A DNA stretch of 64,000 nt from an uncultured Psychrobacter sp. (GCF_947501045.1 NZ_CANMUI010000009.1), one strand, 5' to 3'; positions 20,746 through 30,328 are shown, counted from the first letter of the stretch. The notes: generated by a model not told the origin, from the letters alone. Made by a program: numbers and translations.

Positions 20746-20809
20746 CGGTGGGTTACGCCTTGTCTGCATTCTCTGCGAGAATTTGACAAGTCTAACACCA
20801 CCCTACTTC
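20746..20809. repeat. 64-bp imperfect palindromic repeat R1
   Basis: CGGTGGGTTACGCCTTGTCTGCATTCTCTGCGAGAATTTGACAAGTCTAACACCACCCTACTTC. Nested inverted arms (CTTGTC/GACAAG, ATTCTC/GAGAAT, GGTGGGTTA/TAACACCACC). Three copies within 0.8 kb. Confidence 0.6.
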
Positions 20810-21125
20810 AAACGTTAGTTTACCAGCCAAGTCAAAGTTAGAAAATTAAGCAATATTGAATAACGACTATTATTAGCAAGGATACGATGTTGCCGTTAGC
20901 CCTGATTGTAGCGGTTATCCTTGGTTGACCACTAGATTGCGGTGACTTAGCTAGGAGCGATATCGAGGCAACAGGAACGCTACTGGCTATTAGTCACCGC
21001 TCTAGTGGGCGACCAAGATATGAGCGAAAAGCAGGATTGGCTACTTACTACTTTTTAGGTTCTAAATAAGCTATAATCATTTTAACAGCACCGCCGCCTC
21101 TACCTTCTTCAGCTGGCAACATTGG

Positions 21126-21168
21126 GTTAGAAAACGTGGCGGTTTTCTATTGTCTTGATTTTGCTTAG
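21126..21168. repeat. direct repeat S2, copy 2 of 2
   Basis: See S1. Confidence 0.5.
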
Positions 21169-21216
21169 GTCGCATAGAGTTGGTCATTTAACATTTAGAT
21201 TTAGCATGATTTAAAA

Positions 21217-21280
21217 CGGTGGGTTACGTCTTGTCTGCATTCTCTACGAGAATTTGACAAGTCTAACGCCACCCTACTTC
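21217..21280. repeat. 64-bp imperfect palindromic repeat R2
   Basis: About 94% identical to R1. Overlaps the stop codon of the DUF2256 gene. Confidence 0.6.
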
Positions 21281-21414
21281 CTTTTCGCCCGCCGACACCG
21301 CTCAGAACAATAAACCACATTATCCCAATCCTTCTCCCATTTCTTACGCCATGTAAAAAGTCGCTGGCAGACAGGGCATATTTTCTGGGGTAGATTTTGT
21401 TTTTTGTGTGCCAT
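21274..21414 (-). CDS. DUF2256-type zinc-ribbon protein (46 aa: [46 protein letters not shown])
   Basis: Matches the DUF2256 pattern (CPVC...FxWRKKW...YCSERCRR). The real start is the internal ATG of the 86-aa track ORF. Confidence 0.7.
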   Translation of the reverse strand: MAHKKQNLPQKICPVCQRLFTWRKKWEKDWDNVVYCSERCRRAKRK

Positions 21415-21441
21415 GGTAATGTCTCTTATTTGATTAGAAGT

Positions 21442-21458
21442 GGTGCGCGGGGCGCACC
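21442..21458. promoter_or_regulatory. 17-bp perfect dyad GGTGCGC-GGG-GCGCACC (7-3-7), 28 bp upstream of the DUF2256 start
   Basis: Read from sequence. Same GGTGC...GCACC 7-3-7 geometry as two dyads upstream of the 2091-aa gene. Confidence 0.4.
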
Positions 21459-21510
21459 TTACACGCCACAAACTTTTAAATAGAATTTTTCGTTGCAGAA
21501 TATATAAAAA

Positions 21511-21574
21511 CGGTGGGTTACGTCTTGTCTGCATTCTCTACGAGAATTCGACAAGCCTAACACCACCCTACCTC
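21511..21574. repeat. 64-bp imperfect palindromic repeat R3
   Basis: About 90% identical to R1/R2. Lies 19 bp downstream of the stop of the 2091-aa gene, so it may also act as its terminator hairpin. Confidence 0.6.
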
Positions 21575-21592
21575 ACTTTTTTAATGAGTTAA

Positions 21593-24500
21593 CTACTCAT
21601 AATTATCAAATATTTTATTAAGCCGATTTAAGCTATTGACGATAAGCTTGCCCGATTGGTCGGTGCTGGTGTCGAGGGCGAGTTTTTCATCCATACGCAT
21701 ATTGAGCGGTTCTAGCGCTTGCTTAAGCGCGTTTGCCAAGAGCGCGGTTTGTTCCGTGATGTCGGGGATGTCGGTCTTAGAAGTTTGACTCTCAGCACTC
21801 TTAAACAGGCTATCGGCCATCTGCTGCGCCAGTTGCTCGACCGCGCTGACCAATTGCACCATGAGCTGCTTTTGGATATCTTGGTTTTGCTTGAGGTACT
21901 CCCCTTCTGCTTTATGGTCGTGCTTATAGATTTGTATCAGCTGGTTCATGCTTTTCTCAAAGCCGTTATCGATGCTGTCGCTAACAACTTTGGCGTTGTC
22001 TACAAAACCCGTGATAAAGCTGTCGGCGAGGATTTTTTGCGCCTCAAGCTGGGCATCGATTTGCGCTTGCTGTTCAGCGCCTCGCAAGTGGGCGATTTGT
22101 TCAGGGTCATTTTGGTTAAGGTATTTATCAAACTGACTACTAATAGCATTGAAGCCGCTGGCTAGGTCAACGAGCTGCGCGACGATACGTGCACCAGTGT
22201 CGCCATCTTCCCCGCCCATGGCTTTGTTACGTAAAAAGTCAGCTTTGATTTGCTCCCAGCGCTCTTTTTCTGTCTCCGTTAAGACATTACGCATCTCGCC
22301 AAGCTTAAGTAAGTTACTCTCTGCACCTTGGGTTAATAGCTGCGACTCGCCTAGATAGTGATCATCTACCAGCTGGTTCAGCTCTTGCGCATTCATGACC
22401 GCCGATAGCTTTTCGGTCATCTTATTCATATTACGGTAACTGCCTTGCAGCTTAAATATCGGCTCGACGCGATATTTATCATCTTGCGAAGCCGAGGCGA
22501 TGTAAGCTTGGTTGACGTCAAGGATGACTTCTTGCACGGTAAACATATGGCGCAAGATGGCGATAATTTCGTTAATCTCTGAGGTGCTATAAGGATAAGT
22601 CAGGTCGCTTGCTTGCGCGAGACTTTCGCTATTGGAACCGACGGCTTTTGCCATTTTTATGAGGCGATGGACGTCGCTCAAATCACGGTTGGCAAGTGGC
22701 GCGAGAACTTTGTTTGACGTCAACGAGTTTTCGATATAACTGAGCGCAAAGACTTCTTCCATACCGCTCATGATGTCGCCTAAGTTGTAGATGTCGGCGC
22801 GGTTGGCGAGCATGTCAGGGACTTTAAAGGCCTCACCGCTTTCGGTGTACGGGTTACCCGCCATGACCACGCAGAACTTCTTGCCACGCATATCATAGGT
22901 TTTGGTTTTGCCTTGCCAGACGCCGTCGATACGGCGTGTACCATCGCCAAGTGAGATAAACTTCTGCAAAAATTCGGCATGAGTATGCTGGATATCGTCC
23001 AGATATAGCATGACATTATTGCCCATCTCAAAGGCTAAGTTGATTTTATTCAGCTCTTCTCTAGCAGTGGCGTTGGGCGCTTTTTCGGGATCTAAAGAGG
23101 TGACGTCATGACCGAGGGAAGGACAATTAATCTTCATAAAGATGAGGCCAAGACGGTTTGCCACATACTCCATCAAGGTGGTTTTACCGTAACCTGGTGG
23201 CGATATCATCATCAGGATACCCATCGGATCGGTACGTTTATCTTCGCCGACCGTGCCCATTTGCTTAGCAAGGTTGTCGCCGATTAACGGCAGATAGCTC
23301 TCATTAATCAGACGGTTACGCACAAAGGATGACAGTGGACGTGGCATAAACTCATCCAATCGCAATGATTCTTTTGAGTCGTGCAATATCTCTGAGCGCA
23401 TGGCTAGATAGCGTCTGTAGGCAGGAATGACCTGTGTGTCATGATGGTGCAAACGATTTAAGAAATCATCGACAGCAAAGGTCAAAGTCTGCTGATGAAT
23501 GCGCTCATGTTCGCCTAGTAAGTTATTGACTTGTATTTCAAGCGACACTTTACCTATGCTGCGCTCAAAGCTCTGTACTTGATTGAGCGGATTATTGAGA
23601 CTGGTCAATGAGGTAGTGGCTGAGAATGACAAAGTAGACGGCGTGCCAGTAGCGCTCTTATCAAAGCTAATACCTGAGTCAATGAGACGTTGCACCAAGG
23701 CTTCACGTTGCCCATCATTTAATTGGGTGAGTAAGACCGCAATCGCTTCGGGCACATAGTGGCGGCCAATCTGCAATTGCTGTCTACGTAAGGCGGACTT
23801 TTCCTCAATTTCAGCAAGCTGTTCTTCACTGAGTGGTTTGCCTTCACTATCAGTACTATCTAATGGCTTATTGATTGTTTCGCTATCGCCATAGGTCTTA
23901 TCCAATAGCGCATGAAACCACGTTGCCAATAGCTCATAGGCTGATTTGGGCTGAAAGCCAAGTTTGCCGATTGAGGATCGTAATTGCTCAAAACTGGCAG
24001 CGTTCTGCGTACTGCCTGACGAACTATTTAGCGTTTGCGTCAGCTGCTCGCACAACTGCTGCGCTTGCTGACTGGTTTGCCATTCTATTTCTGTATTTGT
24101 GCCAGTACTTATGCCTGCATTTGGGCTACTCGCCTGCCCCATGACACTGACCAAGTATTCACTGGCAAGCTGAACGTAGCTTTGTTTAAAGATATTGGCG
24201 TTGTGAATGTCGCTGATGTCTAAATTCAGGTCTGAGCTGGAGTTGGATTCTGAGCCTAAATCTGAATCTGACTTCTTATTAGAATTGTTCTCGAGGCTAA
24301 TACTGTCGTTACTAAAGTTATCATCATTATAAGCAGAGACAAAGTTATGCATAACCTCCGTCATATCTTCTACTAGCAAGGCTTTGGCGGTATCACTACC
24401 TAAGCTACGACGCAATTGCTCGGCGGTGATGGCTCTATCCGTCCAGTTACTCACGCGCGTTAGTACGGACTCATTTAGCCAGTTATCGTAACCAAATTGA

Positions 24501-27500
24501 CGTAATCCATTTAAACCGAGTGCTTTTACTAGGCTCAACTGCCAATAGAACAGCTGCGCCAACGCACGTACTTGCGGGGTATAAATGAGCAAGCCAGCTT
24601 CGCGCAAAGTCGGTAGTATTTGCAGCAATAGCAATGTTGCATCATGGTCATGAATGCCTTTGTCATAACCGAGCTGATAACGTGGTGTGGCGTAAGCTTT
24701 GACCAGTTTGGCAAGAGGGCTATCATCGATGTCGCCATTACTATCAATAGTGCTACTAACACTGCTATTAATAGTACTAACAGTGTCGTCATAAGCTTGA
24801 TATAGGCGCGACTCGGTCAAGCCATCTTGACTGTTTTTGGCACTTTCGATAATGCTATACGCTAGGTATTCGGCGCGGTAGACGGTATCGGACTCGGAGG
24901 CGATGTTCATATCCCAATACGGACGCAAAGCGTTTAATTCGGCATTGTCCAATACTTCATAATAATCTGTGCCCGTTAAATGCAGATTAAGGACGCGTTT
25001 GCCGTCTGTCTGCCCACGACTTAGTAAGGTCAAATCCAATGGCTGAGTATTGACCGAAAAGCGGTGCTTGCCAAGCTTGATGATTTGACCACCATCTTCA
25101 AACAAATCTGACTTGTCTTTTAGGCTCTTATAACTCTCGATTTGAATGGCTTTTAAGCGCGCATCAATATCATCTGCTTTGACACTAAAGCCTAATGTTA
25201 GCAGCTCTTTGGCGATGCTACGAACTTTTTGCACTAGGCCATCTGAGGCAAAGTAAGTATTTAAAGCTTCTTCCTCTGTGAAGCCTGTTACGCCTGTGCT
25301 TTGCGTGCGTTTTTTGATGCTCTCCAGCATACGTAGTGCGCCATCACCTAAGTTTTGTGCCTTACGGTTGCGGGCATCGAGCAATTGCTGCTTATGATTT
25401 TCAAAGGTTTCGTAAATCTCTTCACGCTTGCTGATAATGTCGGCTAAAAACTGATCGCCACTATTAGTCTCTGGGTCAGCAAACTGGCTCTCTAACTCTT
25501 CTAACTGCACCAGCAATTTTGCCATTTGCTCATCTGACTTCTCAGGCGTATTGGCAATGGATAAAGCATTGGCAATGGATTGACCAAACAGTTTAAATTG
25601 CGCGCCAAATTGCGCCACGGCTTCAGCTGAGCCTAAGCTTTTACGTTTATGATTTAGCTTAGCTTTACTTTGATTGAGACTCGCATAGATGGTCGAGATG
25701 TCATCGATAATTTGCGTGCGTACCGTGGCATCGGCGACGTCTAGTGTACCTAGCAGCTCGGTCAACAAGTCTAAACCTTGAGCGGTCTCATCGATTTTTT
25801 CTAATACTGGCTTGAGCTCGGCATTGGTCTCGCTCGTATTTAAACGCTCACTAACATCTGCTAACACCCCTTCGTAGCTTGATAGCGCCTCTTCACCACT
25901 TAGAAATAGTACGGTTTTTTCGGCAAGCTCGCTCTCTGCTGCTTCTAGTTGTGTTTGTAGCGCTACTAATTTATCGCTATCTAAATAACGTAAATCTTCC
26001 AAGCTGACCAAGCGGCCTTTTTGCCGTCTTAACGCCGACAATTGATCAACATAGTCACTGGCCGACTCAAAAGTAGTGACTCTTATCTGCCGCAATATTT
26101 CATTCTGCTGGGCTTCAGCATCGGCTATAGCGGTTTGAGTTTGCTTTTGAATACTTTGTACTTTGGCAAATTCATCAATGACCAGCTCAGCAGTGGCCGT
26201 CACCTCTTTGATACTACCTGCAATCTCGGTCAGCTCAGGTTCAGATAGCCAATAATAGCTATCAAAGAGACGGCTAGTATTGTCGGCTAATTCTTCATAG
26301 AGCTTTTGTGACACGCTTTGATTGTCAATGAGGCGGGTGATGCTATAGAGATCTGAGATGCCGCGCACCAATTCTTTATTGCCAATTTTGCCATAGAAGC
26401 TCGTGCTTTCAGGTAATTCACTGACATACTCAGGAGAGGCATAAGGGGTATGCCATATCTGCATCGGGTGAATGCGTGATGGTTCACTTTGGGCGCTGAA
26501 CAGTACCAAGCGACCATTTTCTGCCAGTGCCATACCATTACAATAAATGGGGTTTGCCAGTTGTTTTTTGATAAGGTTATAAGGGAATAACCCCGTGATG
26601 CCCAACGCCACGTCATAGAATAAGAATAAAACGTCTTCGCCGTTGGGTGAGACGATTTTACGCTTAAATTGTAAGTTCTTTTCATTGCCATTATTGGCAT
26701 CGACGTTCTGAGCATCAAACAGTTTATGTTCGCCAGTTTGCAAGTAATAACCGCCCGGGAAGATAATGCCGTGATCTTCGGGTAGCTGGACACAAGATTG
26801 GCCGATGGCATCCAGTCGCAGCACTTCTTCAGTCAAGGTGTTGTAGACGAAATAGCGATGACTGTCTTCACGATACGGCAAAATCTTTAACAATATTAAA
26901 CTACCAACTTTGGCATAAGAAATCTCAGCATCTGTCAGAGATTGCGTACTATCACTAACGGGTTCGCTATAAATTCCTAGCCCTGATTGAGTATTATCTT
27001 CAATTTTAATGGTCAAACTGCCGCTAACAGTTTCTACAAATATCGTATCTAAGATATTCATATGCGGGTATTTGCCATTGATCATCTGATCACGAGTAGT
27101 CTCAGTCCAATCAAAATCATAGGCTGGCGGCAACTCGATATCGCGCTCACCTCTATTATCTACATAGGCGACTTGGGCGGATTCTGGTGTGCCTTCGCTA
27201 AAGTCTAGGGCAAAACGAAACACTCGAATATCGGTGATACGTTCACCGATCTGAAATGCTAATAGCAGCTTGCTGTCTTTAACGGTCAGTTGAATCAAGC
27301 GCGTTTGCTTGTAATATCTATACAGCTCATTAAAGTCTTGTACAAAGGCTTGTTGATCTAAAAATGTGCCCGTTAAATCGACCTCTTCAAGCTGGTAGTC
27401 TTTCTCAACATCGTTACTGTTATTATCAGGCTTCGTATTATCAGACTCTATCAAACGATACAACGACAGCACATCTTTGACATTGCTCGCGCGTTTAAGA

Positions 27501-27868
27501 CCCATAAAGACGTTGTAGCCGAATAGCAAATAGCCACCGACCTGCACCATATCCTGCGCCACACAGTTGTGTTCGGTGCGAATACGAGTACGAGCTGTCA
27601 CTTGCATTTGAGTGCTACCAAACTCTTCAAGACGCGCGTTATTCAGGGTAGCGGTCTGTTGCTCTAAACGGCTGCCCTGCTCCGTTAGACGTTTTTTGAT
27701 GAGCTCATAGGCATTGCCGGCGGCAACAGCCTGATCAGTTTGACCGGTTTGTTCAGCTTGATTGGCTTGGCTATCGTTGCTTGGGCTATCTGAATTGGTT
27801 GAGTTTTGCGTATCCGCCATCGTGAGTCGTCCACTTCTGTTTTTATATAATAAGAGAGTTTTGCGCAA
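21593..27868 (-). CDS. giant (about 2090 aa) coiled-coil protein with internal MoxR/dynein-type (AAA_5-like) AAA+ ATPase domain; function unknown
   Basis: Walker A SPPGYGKTT. Walker B VMLYLDD. Sensor-1/MoxR signature FCVVMAGNPYTE...VPDMLANRA (compare MoxR ATQNP.E...LPEA.LDRF) at about aa 1500-1700. Long E/Q/L-rich helical stretches before and after. N-terminal 500 aa unrecognised. First codon is TTG; the first ATG is 48 nt downstream (27820). Confidence 0.6.
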   Translation of the reverse strand: MRKTLLLYKNRSGRLTMADTQNSTNSDSPSNDSQANQAEQTGQTDQAVAAGNAYELIKKRLTEQGSRLEQQTATLNNARLEEFGSTQMQVTARTRIRTEHNCVAQDMVQVGGYLLFGYNVFMGLKRASNVKDVLSLYRLIESDNTKPDNNSNDVEKDYQLEEVDLTGTFLDQQAFVQDFNELYRYYKQTRLIQLTVKDSKLLLAFQIGERITDIRVFRFALDFSEGTPESAQVAYVDNRGERDIELPPAYDFDWTETTRDQMINGKYPHMNILDTIFVETVSGSLTIKIEDNTQSGLGIYSEPVSDSTQSLTDAEISYAKVGSLILLKILPYREDSHRYFVYNTLTEEVLRLDAIGQSCVQLPEDHGIIFPGGYYLQTGEHKLFDAQNVDANNGNEKNLQFKRKIVSPNGEDVLFLFYDVALGITGLFPYNLIKKQLANPIYCNGMALAENGRLVLFSAQSEPSRIHPMQIWHTPYASPEYVSELPESTSFYGKIGNKELVRGISDLYSITRLIDNQSVSQKLYEELADNTSRLFDSYYWLSEPELTEIAGSIKEVTATAELVIDEFAKVQSIQKQTQTAIADAEAQQNEILRQIRVTTFESASDYVDQLSALRRQKGRLVSLEDLRYLDSDKLVALQTQLEAAESELAEKTVLFLSGEEALSSYEGVLADVSERLNTSETNAELKPVLEKIDETAQGLDLLTELLGTLDVADATVRTQIIDDISTIYASLNQSKAKLNHKRKSLGSAEAVAQFGAQFKLFGQSIANALSIANTPEKSDEQMAKLLVQLEELESQFADPETNSGDQFLADIISKREEIYETFENHKQQLLDARNRKAQNLGDGALRMLESIKKRTQSTGVTGFTEEEALNTYFASDGLVQKVRSIAKELLTLGFSVKADDIDARLKAIQIESYKSLKDKSDLFEDGGQIIKLGKHRFSVNTQPLDLTLLSRGQTDGKRVLNLHLTGTDYYEVLDNAELNALRPYWDMNIASESDTVYRAEYLAYSIIESAKNSQDGLTESRLYQAYDDTVSTINSSVSSTIDSNGDIDDSPLAKLVKAYATPRYQLGYDKGIHDHDATLLLLQILPTLREAGLLIYTPQVRALAQLFYWQLSLVKALGLNGLRQFGYDNWLNESVLTRVSNWTDRAITAEQLRRSLGSDTAKALLVEDMTEVMHNFVSAYNDDNFSNDSISLENNSNKKSDSDLGSESNSSSDLNLDISDIHNANIFKQSYVQLASEYLVSVMGQASSPNAGISTGTNTEIEWQTSQQAQQLCEQLTQTLNSSSGSTQNAASFEQLRSSIGKLGFQPKSAYELLATWFHALLDKTYGDSETINKPLDSTDSEGKPLSEEQLAEIEEKSALRRQQLQIGRHYVPEAIAVLLTQLNDGQREALVQRLIDSGISFDKSATGTPSTLSFSATTSLTSLNNPLNQVQSFERSIGKVSLEIQVNNLLGEHERIHQQTLTFAVDDFLNRLHHHDTQVIPAYRRYLAMRSEILHDSKESLRLDEFMPRPLSSFVRNRLINESYLPLIGDNLAKQMGTVGEDKRTDPMGILMMISPPGYGKTTLMEYVANRLGLIFMKINCPSLGHDVTSLDPEKAPNATAREELNKINLAFEMGNNVMLYLDDIQHTHAEFLQKFISLGDGTRRIDGVWQGKTKTYDMRGKKFCVVMAGNPYTESGEAFKVPDMLANRADIYNLGDIMSGMEEVFALSYIENSLTSNKVLAPLANRDLSDVHRLIKMAKAVGSNSESLAQASDLTYPYSTSEINEIIAILRHMFTVQEVILDVNQAYIASASQDDKYRVEPIFKLQGSYRNMNKMTEKLSAVMNAQELNQLVDDHYLGESQLLTQGAESNLLKLGEMRNVLTETEKERWEQIKADFLRNKAMGGEDGDTGARIVAQLVDLASGFNAISSQFDKYLNQNDPEQIAHLRGAEQQAQIDAQLEAQKILADSFITGFVDNAKVVSDSIDNGFEKSMNQLIQIYKHDHKAEGEYLKQNQDIQKQLMVQLVSAVEQLAQQMADSLFKSAESQTSKTDIPDITEQTALLANALKQALEPLNMRMDEKLALDTSTDQSGKLIVNSLNRLNKIFDNYE

Positions 27869-27931
27869 TAAGAAAAGGTGAGAAGGTTAAATGTGGCTAG
27901 TCTAAAGAAACGTTTTATAAATTATAGGTAG

Positions 27932-27948
27932 GGTGCTTTTTAAGCACC
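27932..27948. promoter_or_regulatory. 17-bp perfect dyad GGTGCTT-TTT-AAGCACC (7-3-7), upstream of the 2091-aa gene
   Basis: Read from sequence. Confidence 0.4.
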
Positions 27949-28025
27949 TAAAAGCCATGAAAAAGCACTGCCGCGTTCAGCAATGAAAATCTTTTAAATA
28001 AGACTTTCTATTATCACACTATCAT

Positions 28026-28042
28026 GGTGCATGGAATGCACC
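28026..28042. promoter_or_regulatory. 17-bp perfect dyad GGTGCAT-GGA-ATGCACC (7-3-7), upstream of the 2091-aa gene
   Basis: Read from sequence. Confidence 0.4.
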
Positions 28043-28165
28043 CTACGACAATTCATAGTAAGTCATGTATATAAAACATTTTTTTAGAGTAGCCAACTCA
28101 GTGTTTTAAGTTGGCTTGGAAATCTGCCACCTAAGCAACAGATTTTTTATTGATATTTAAAACGA

Positions 28166-30124
28166 CTAATCGTTATATTGAGCAGTCTTATTAGACTCGT
28201 TAGCTTTAGTCATAACTTGACCTGCCATAACCGTATTGATGATACCGCTTAGCGTGTCAGACTTGCCAGCTAAGCCATCAATGGCTTTACCGATAGAGAG
28301 TGACTTAGCGAAGTTATCAAAGAAGTGCGCTTCACCGCCGACAATATCGATTTTGGCTTTTTGGAGCGCCACTGCCAACACTTCAGCGTTTTCTTTAGCA
28401 ATCTCTTTGCCCGCATCGATCGACGCCATCGCTTCTTGCAATGCAGTCTCAAGACTCATGCGGAACTCTTCATGCTCACGTGCTTCCTTGCTCATGCTAC
28501 CCATGGCATTGAACTTCTCGACCAGACCATCGGCCTCAGCTTGGAAGTGCGCGCGGGTAACTTCAGCTTTTGCCAGTCCAACTTCACGTTCTGCTTTGGC
28601 ATTCGATTCACCGCGAGCGGCGATAATCTCCGCATCTGCCATGCCTTTTTCACGCTCTGATTGCGCTTCAGCTTGTCCAGTCGCTTTAATAATATTGGCT
28701 TTAGCAATGCCTTCTTTTTCCAAAGAGCTTGCTTTGGCTTCTTGAATCGCTGCTTCAGCAAACCCATGAGCAGACTCTTCAGCTTTGATACCCTCGGCAA
28801 GCTTGATTTTAGCTTCTGACTCTTTGGCAGACGCTTCAAGATTGGCAGTGGCAAGCGTGGTGATCTCAACCGCTTTATGCTTGGCAGACAGCTCTTCTGC
28901 TTCCGCCTTTTTCACCTGACGCACTTTGATTTCTTCAGCATCCGCTTCGGCAGCCAATACGCGTGTTTGCTTGGAGCGATCCGCTTCACTGACTTCGCGG
29001 ACTTCTTTGATACGCTCTTCTTCTTGCGCAACAGTTTTATCTACCGCAATACGCTCACGAATCACGTTAGCGATTTCTTTTTTCTCAACTTCAATCGCAC
29101 GTTCCGCTTCGATACGCTGTAAGTCGACTTCACGCTCACGAGAGACGATTTCTAAATCACGAGCACGAATGACTTTCTCTTCTTCAATGACGACAGCACG
29201 CAGACGGTTCTGTCCAGCCACTTCAATTTCACGTTGCTGATTCTCACGCTGAATCGCCAAATCTTGCTCAACCATAATGACAGCTGTTTCCGATTTTTTA
29301 CGCTCTTCTTCTTCAATCTTGCGGGTTTCAGCAGTCTCACGTGCAATTACAGAAGAGATTTCACGTTGCTGTTTGGCTTCGGCATCGGCTTGTTGACGCT
29401 CAAGCTCCAGCATAGCTTCCCTAGTTTCAACGTTTTTCTTCTTAACCGCTAGCTCTTCATCACGCTCAAGCTCGTTAGTGATGACATTTTGAAAGGCCGT
29501 TAATTGAGTAATCTTTTTGATACCTTCAGCATCCAAGATATTACTAGAATCTAATGACGCTTTTGGCGTTTGCTCTAAGTAATCAATTGCGACGTCTTCT
29601 AGGACATAACCATTGAGATCGTTGCCAATTTCTTGGACGATACTGTCACGAAATTCGCTGCGGTTCTCAAATAGCTTAACGAAATCAATTTGCTTACCGA
29701 CTGTTTTTAGCGCTTCTGAGAACTTGGCATTAAACAGCTCATTGACAGCGACTTTATCTGAGGCTCTTTCAACCCCAACCGATTTGGCGACTTTGAGGAC
29801 ATCCTCTTCGGTCTCGTTAACTCGCAGGTAAAACGCAACGGTGATATCAGCGCGCATGTTGTCGGCGCAAATCAGCCCTTCTTTACCGCGTCTATCCACT
29901 TCTAAAGTGATAAGCGAGATTCTCATCAATTCTTTTTTGTTGATAATGGGCCAAACGAAACCACCATCAAAGCGTACAGCGATTTTACTAACACCATTAA
30001 TAATCAGTGCTTTGCCTTGCTCAACCTTAAAATAAAAGGCTTTTAGCATCAAAAGTGCTGCCATGATGAAAACAAACGCCAGCACTACAACCACGCCGAC
30101 GATAATGAGTATGTCCATATTCAT
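28166..30124 (-). CDS. yqiK: flotillin-family SPFH (band-7) protein, YqiK-like
   Basis: N-terminal TM. SPFH core (KALIINGVSK...FVWPIINKKELMRISLITLEV...ADITVAFYLRV). About 400 aa of E/A/K-rich coiled coil, typical of bacterial flotillins. Confidence 0.8.
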   Translation of the reverse strand: MNMDILIIVGVVVVLAFVFIMAALLMLKAFYFKVEQGKALIINGVSKIAVRFDGGFVWPIINKKELMRISLITLEVDRRGKEGLICADNMRADITVAFYLRVNETEEDVLKVAKSVGVERASDKVAVNELFNAKFSEALKTVGKQIDFVKLFENRSEFRDSIVQEIGNDLNGYVLEDVAIDYLEQTPKASLDSSNILDAEGIKKITQLTAFQNVITNELERDEELAVKKKNVETREAMLELERQQADAEAKQQREISSVIARETAETRKIEEEERKKSETAVIMVEQDLAIQRENQQREIEVAGQNRLRAVVIEEEKVIRARDLEIVSREREVDLQRIEAERAIEVEKKEIANVIRERIAVDKTVAQEEERIKEVREVSEADRSKQTRVLAAEADAEEIKVRQVKKAEAEELSAKHKAVEITTLATANLEASAKESEAKIKLAEGIKAEESAHGFAEAAIQEAKASSLEKEGIAKANIIKATGQAEAQSEREKGMADAEIIAARGESNAKAEREVGLAKAEVTRAHFQAEADGLVEKFNAMGSMSKEAREHEEFRMSLETALQEAMASIDAGKEIAKENAEVLAVALQKAKIDIVGGEAHFFDNFAKSLSIGKAIDGLAGKSDTLSGIINTVMAGQVMTKANESNKTAQYND

Positions 30125-30328
30125 TCCTCTAATTAAAACATTCCAACCAAATTTAAAACAGTTGCTACAATGCCTGCCAATAGATTACTTATCGTTTATA
30201 CATTGCCCGATCGTTATTACATTTTCATTTTTAAGTTCAATTTTTACTCAAAAATCGCTTTTGCAAGCTACCCAGTTAAAAATACTTTTGTGTGAAGGTT
30301 CTTCAATTAACCCATTCAATTTTTAGCG

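Noticed and set aside
20746-21574. Possible CRISPR array (repeated ~64-bp units)
   Set aside because: There are only three copies, with irregular spacing (about 470 and 290 bp). The units are internally palindromic and of REP/MITE length, and no cas genes are present. This is not a CRISPR.
21719-26811. Multiple 60-175-aa ORFs on either strand within 21.7-26.8 kb
   Set aside because: All lie inside, or antisense to, the single uninterrupted 2091-aa ORF. There is no independent RBS or motif evidence.
21593-27868. Considered a STAND (NACHT/NB-ARC, Avs-like) NTPase or BrxC/PglY for the giant protein
   Set aside because: Walker A GKTT and Walker B DD are compatible. However, the following hh-A-x-NP...P-x-x-L-x-x-R block is characteristic of the MoxR/AAA_5 clade, not STAND. 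No TPR/WD/LRR sensor repeats or BREX partner genes (pglZ, brxL, methylase) are present.
28236-29452. Several + strand ORFs (Ser/Ala/Arg-rich or Phe/Leu-rich) inside 28.2-29.5 kb
   Set aside because: They are antisense to the E/A/K-rich coiled-coil coding region of the flotillin gene and have biased composition, so they are frame artefacts.
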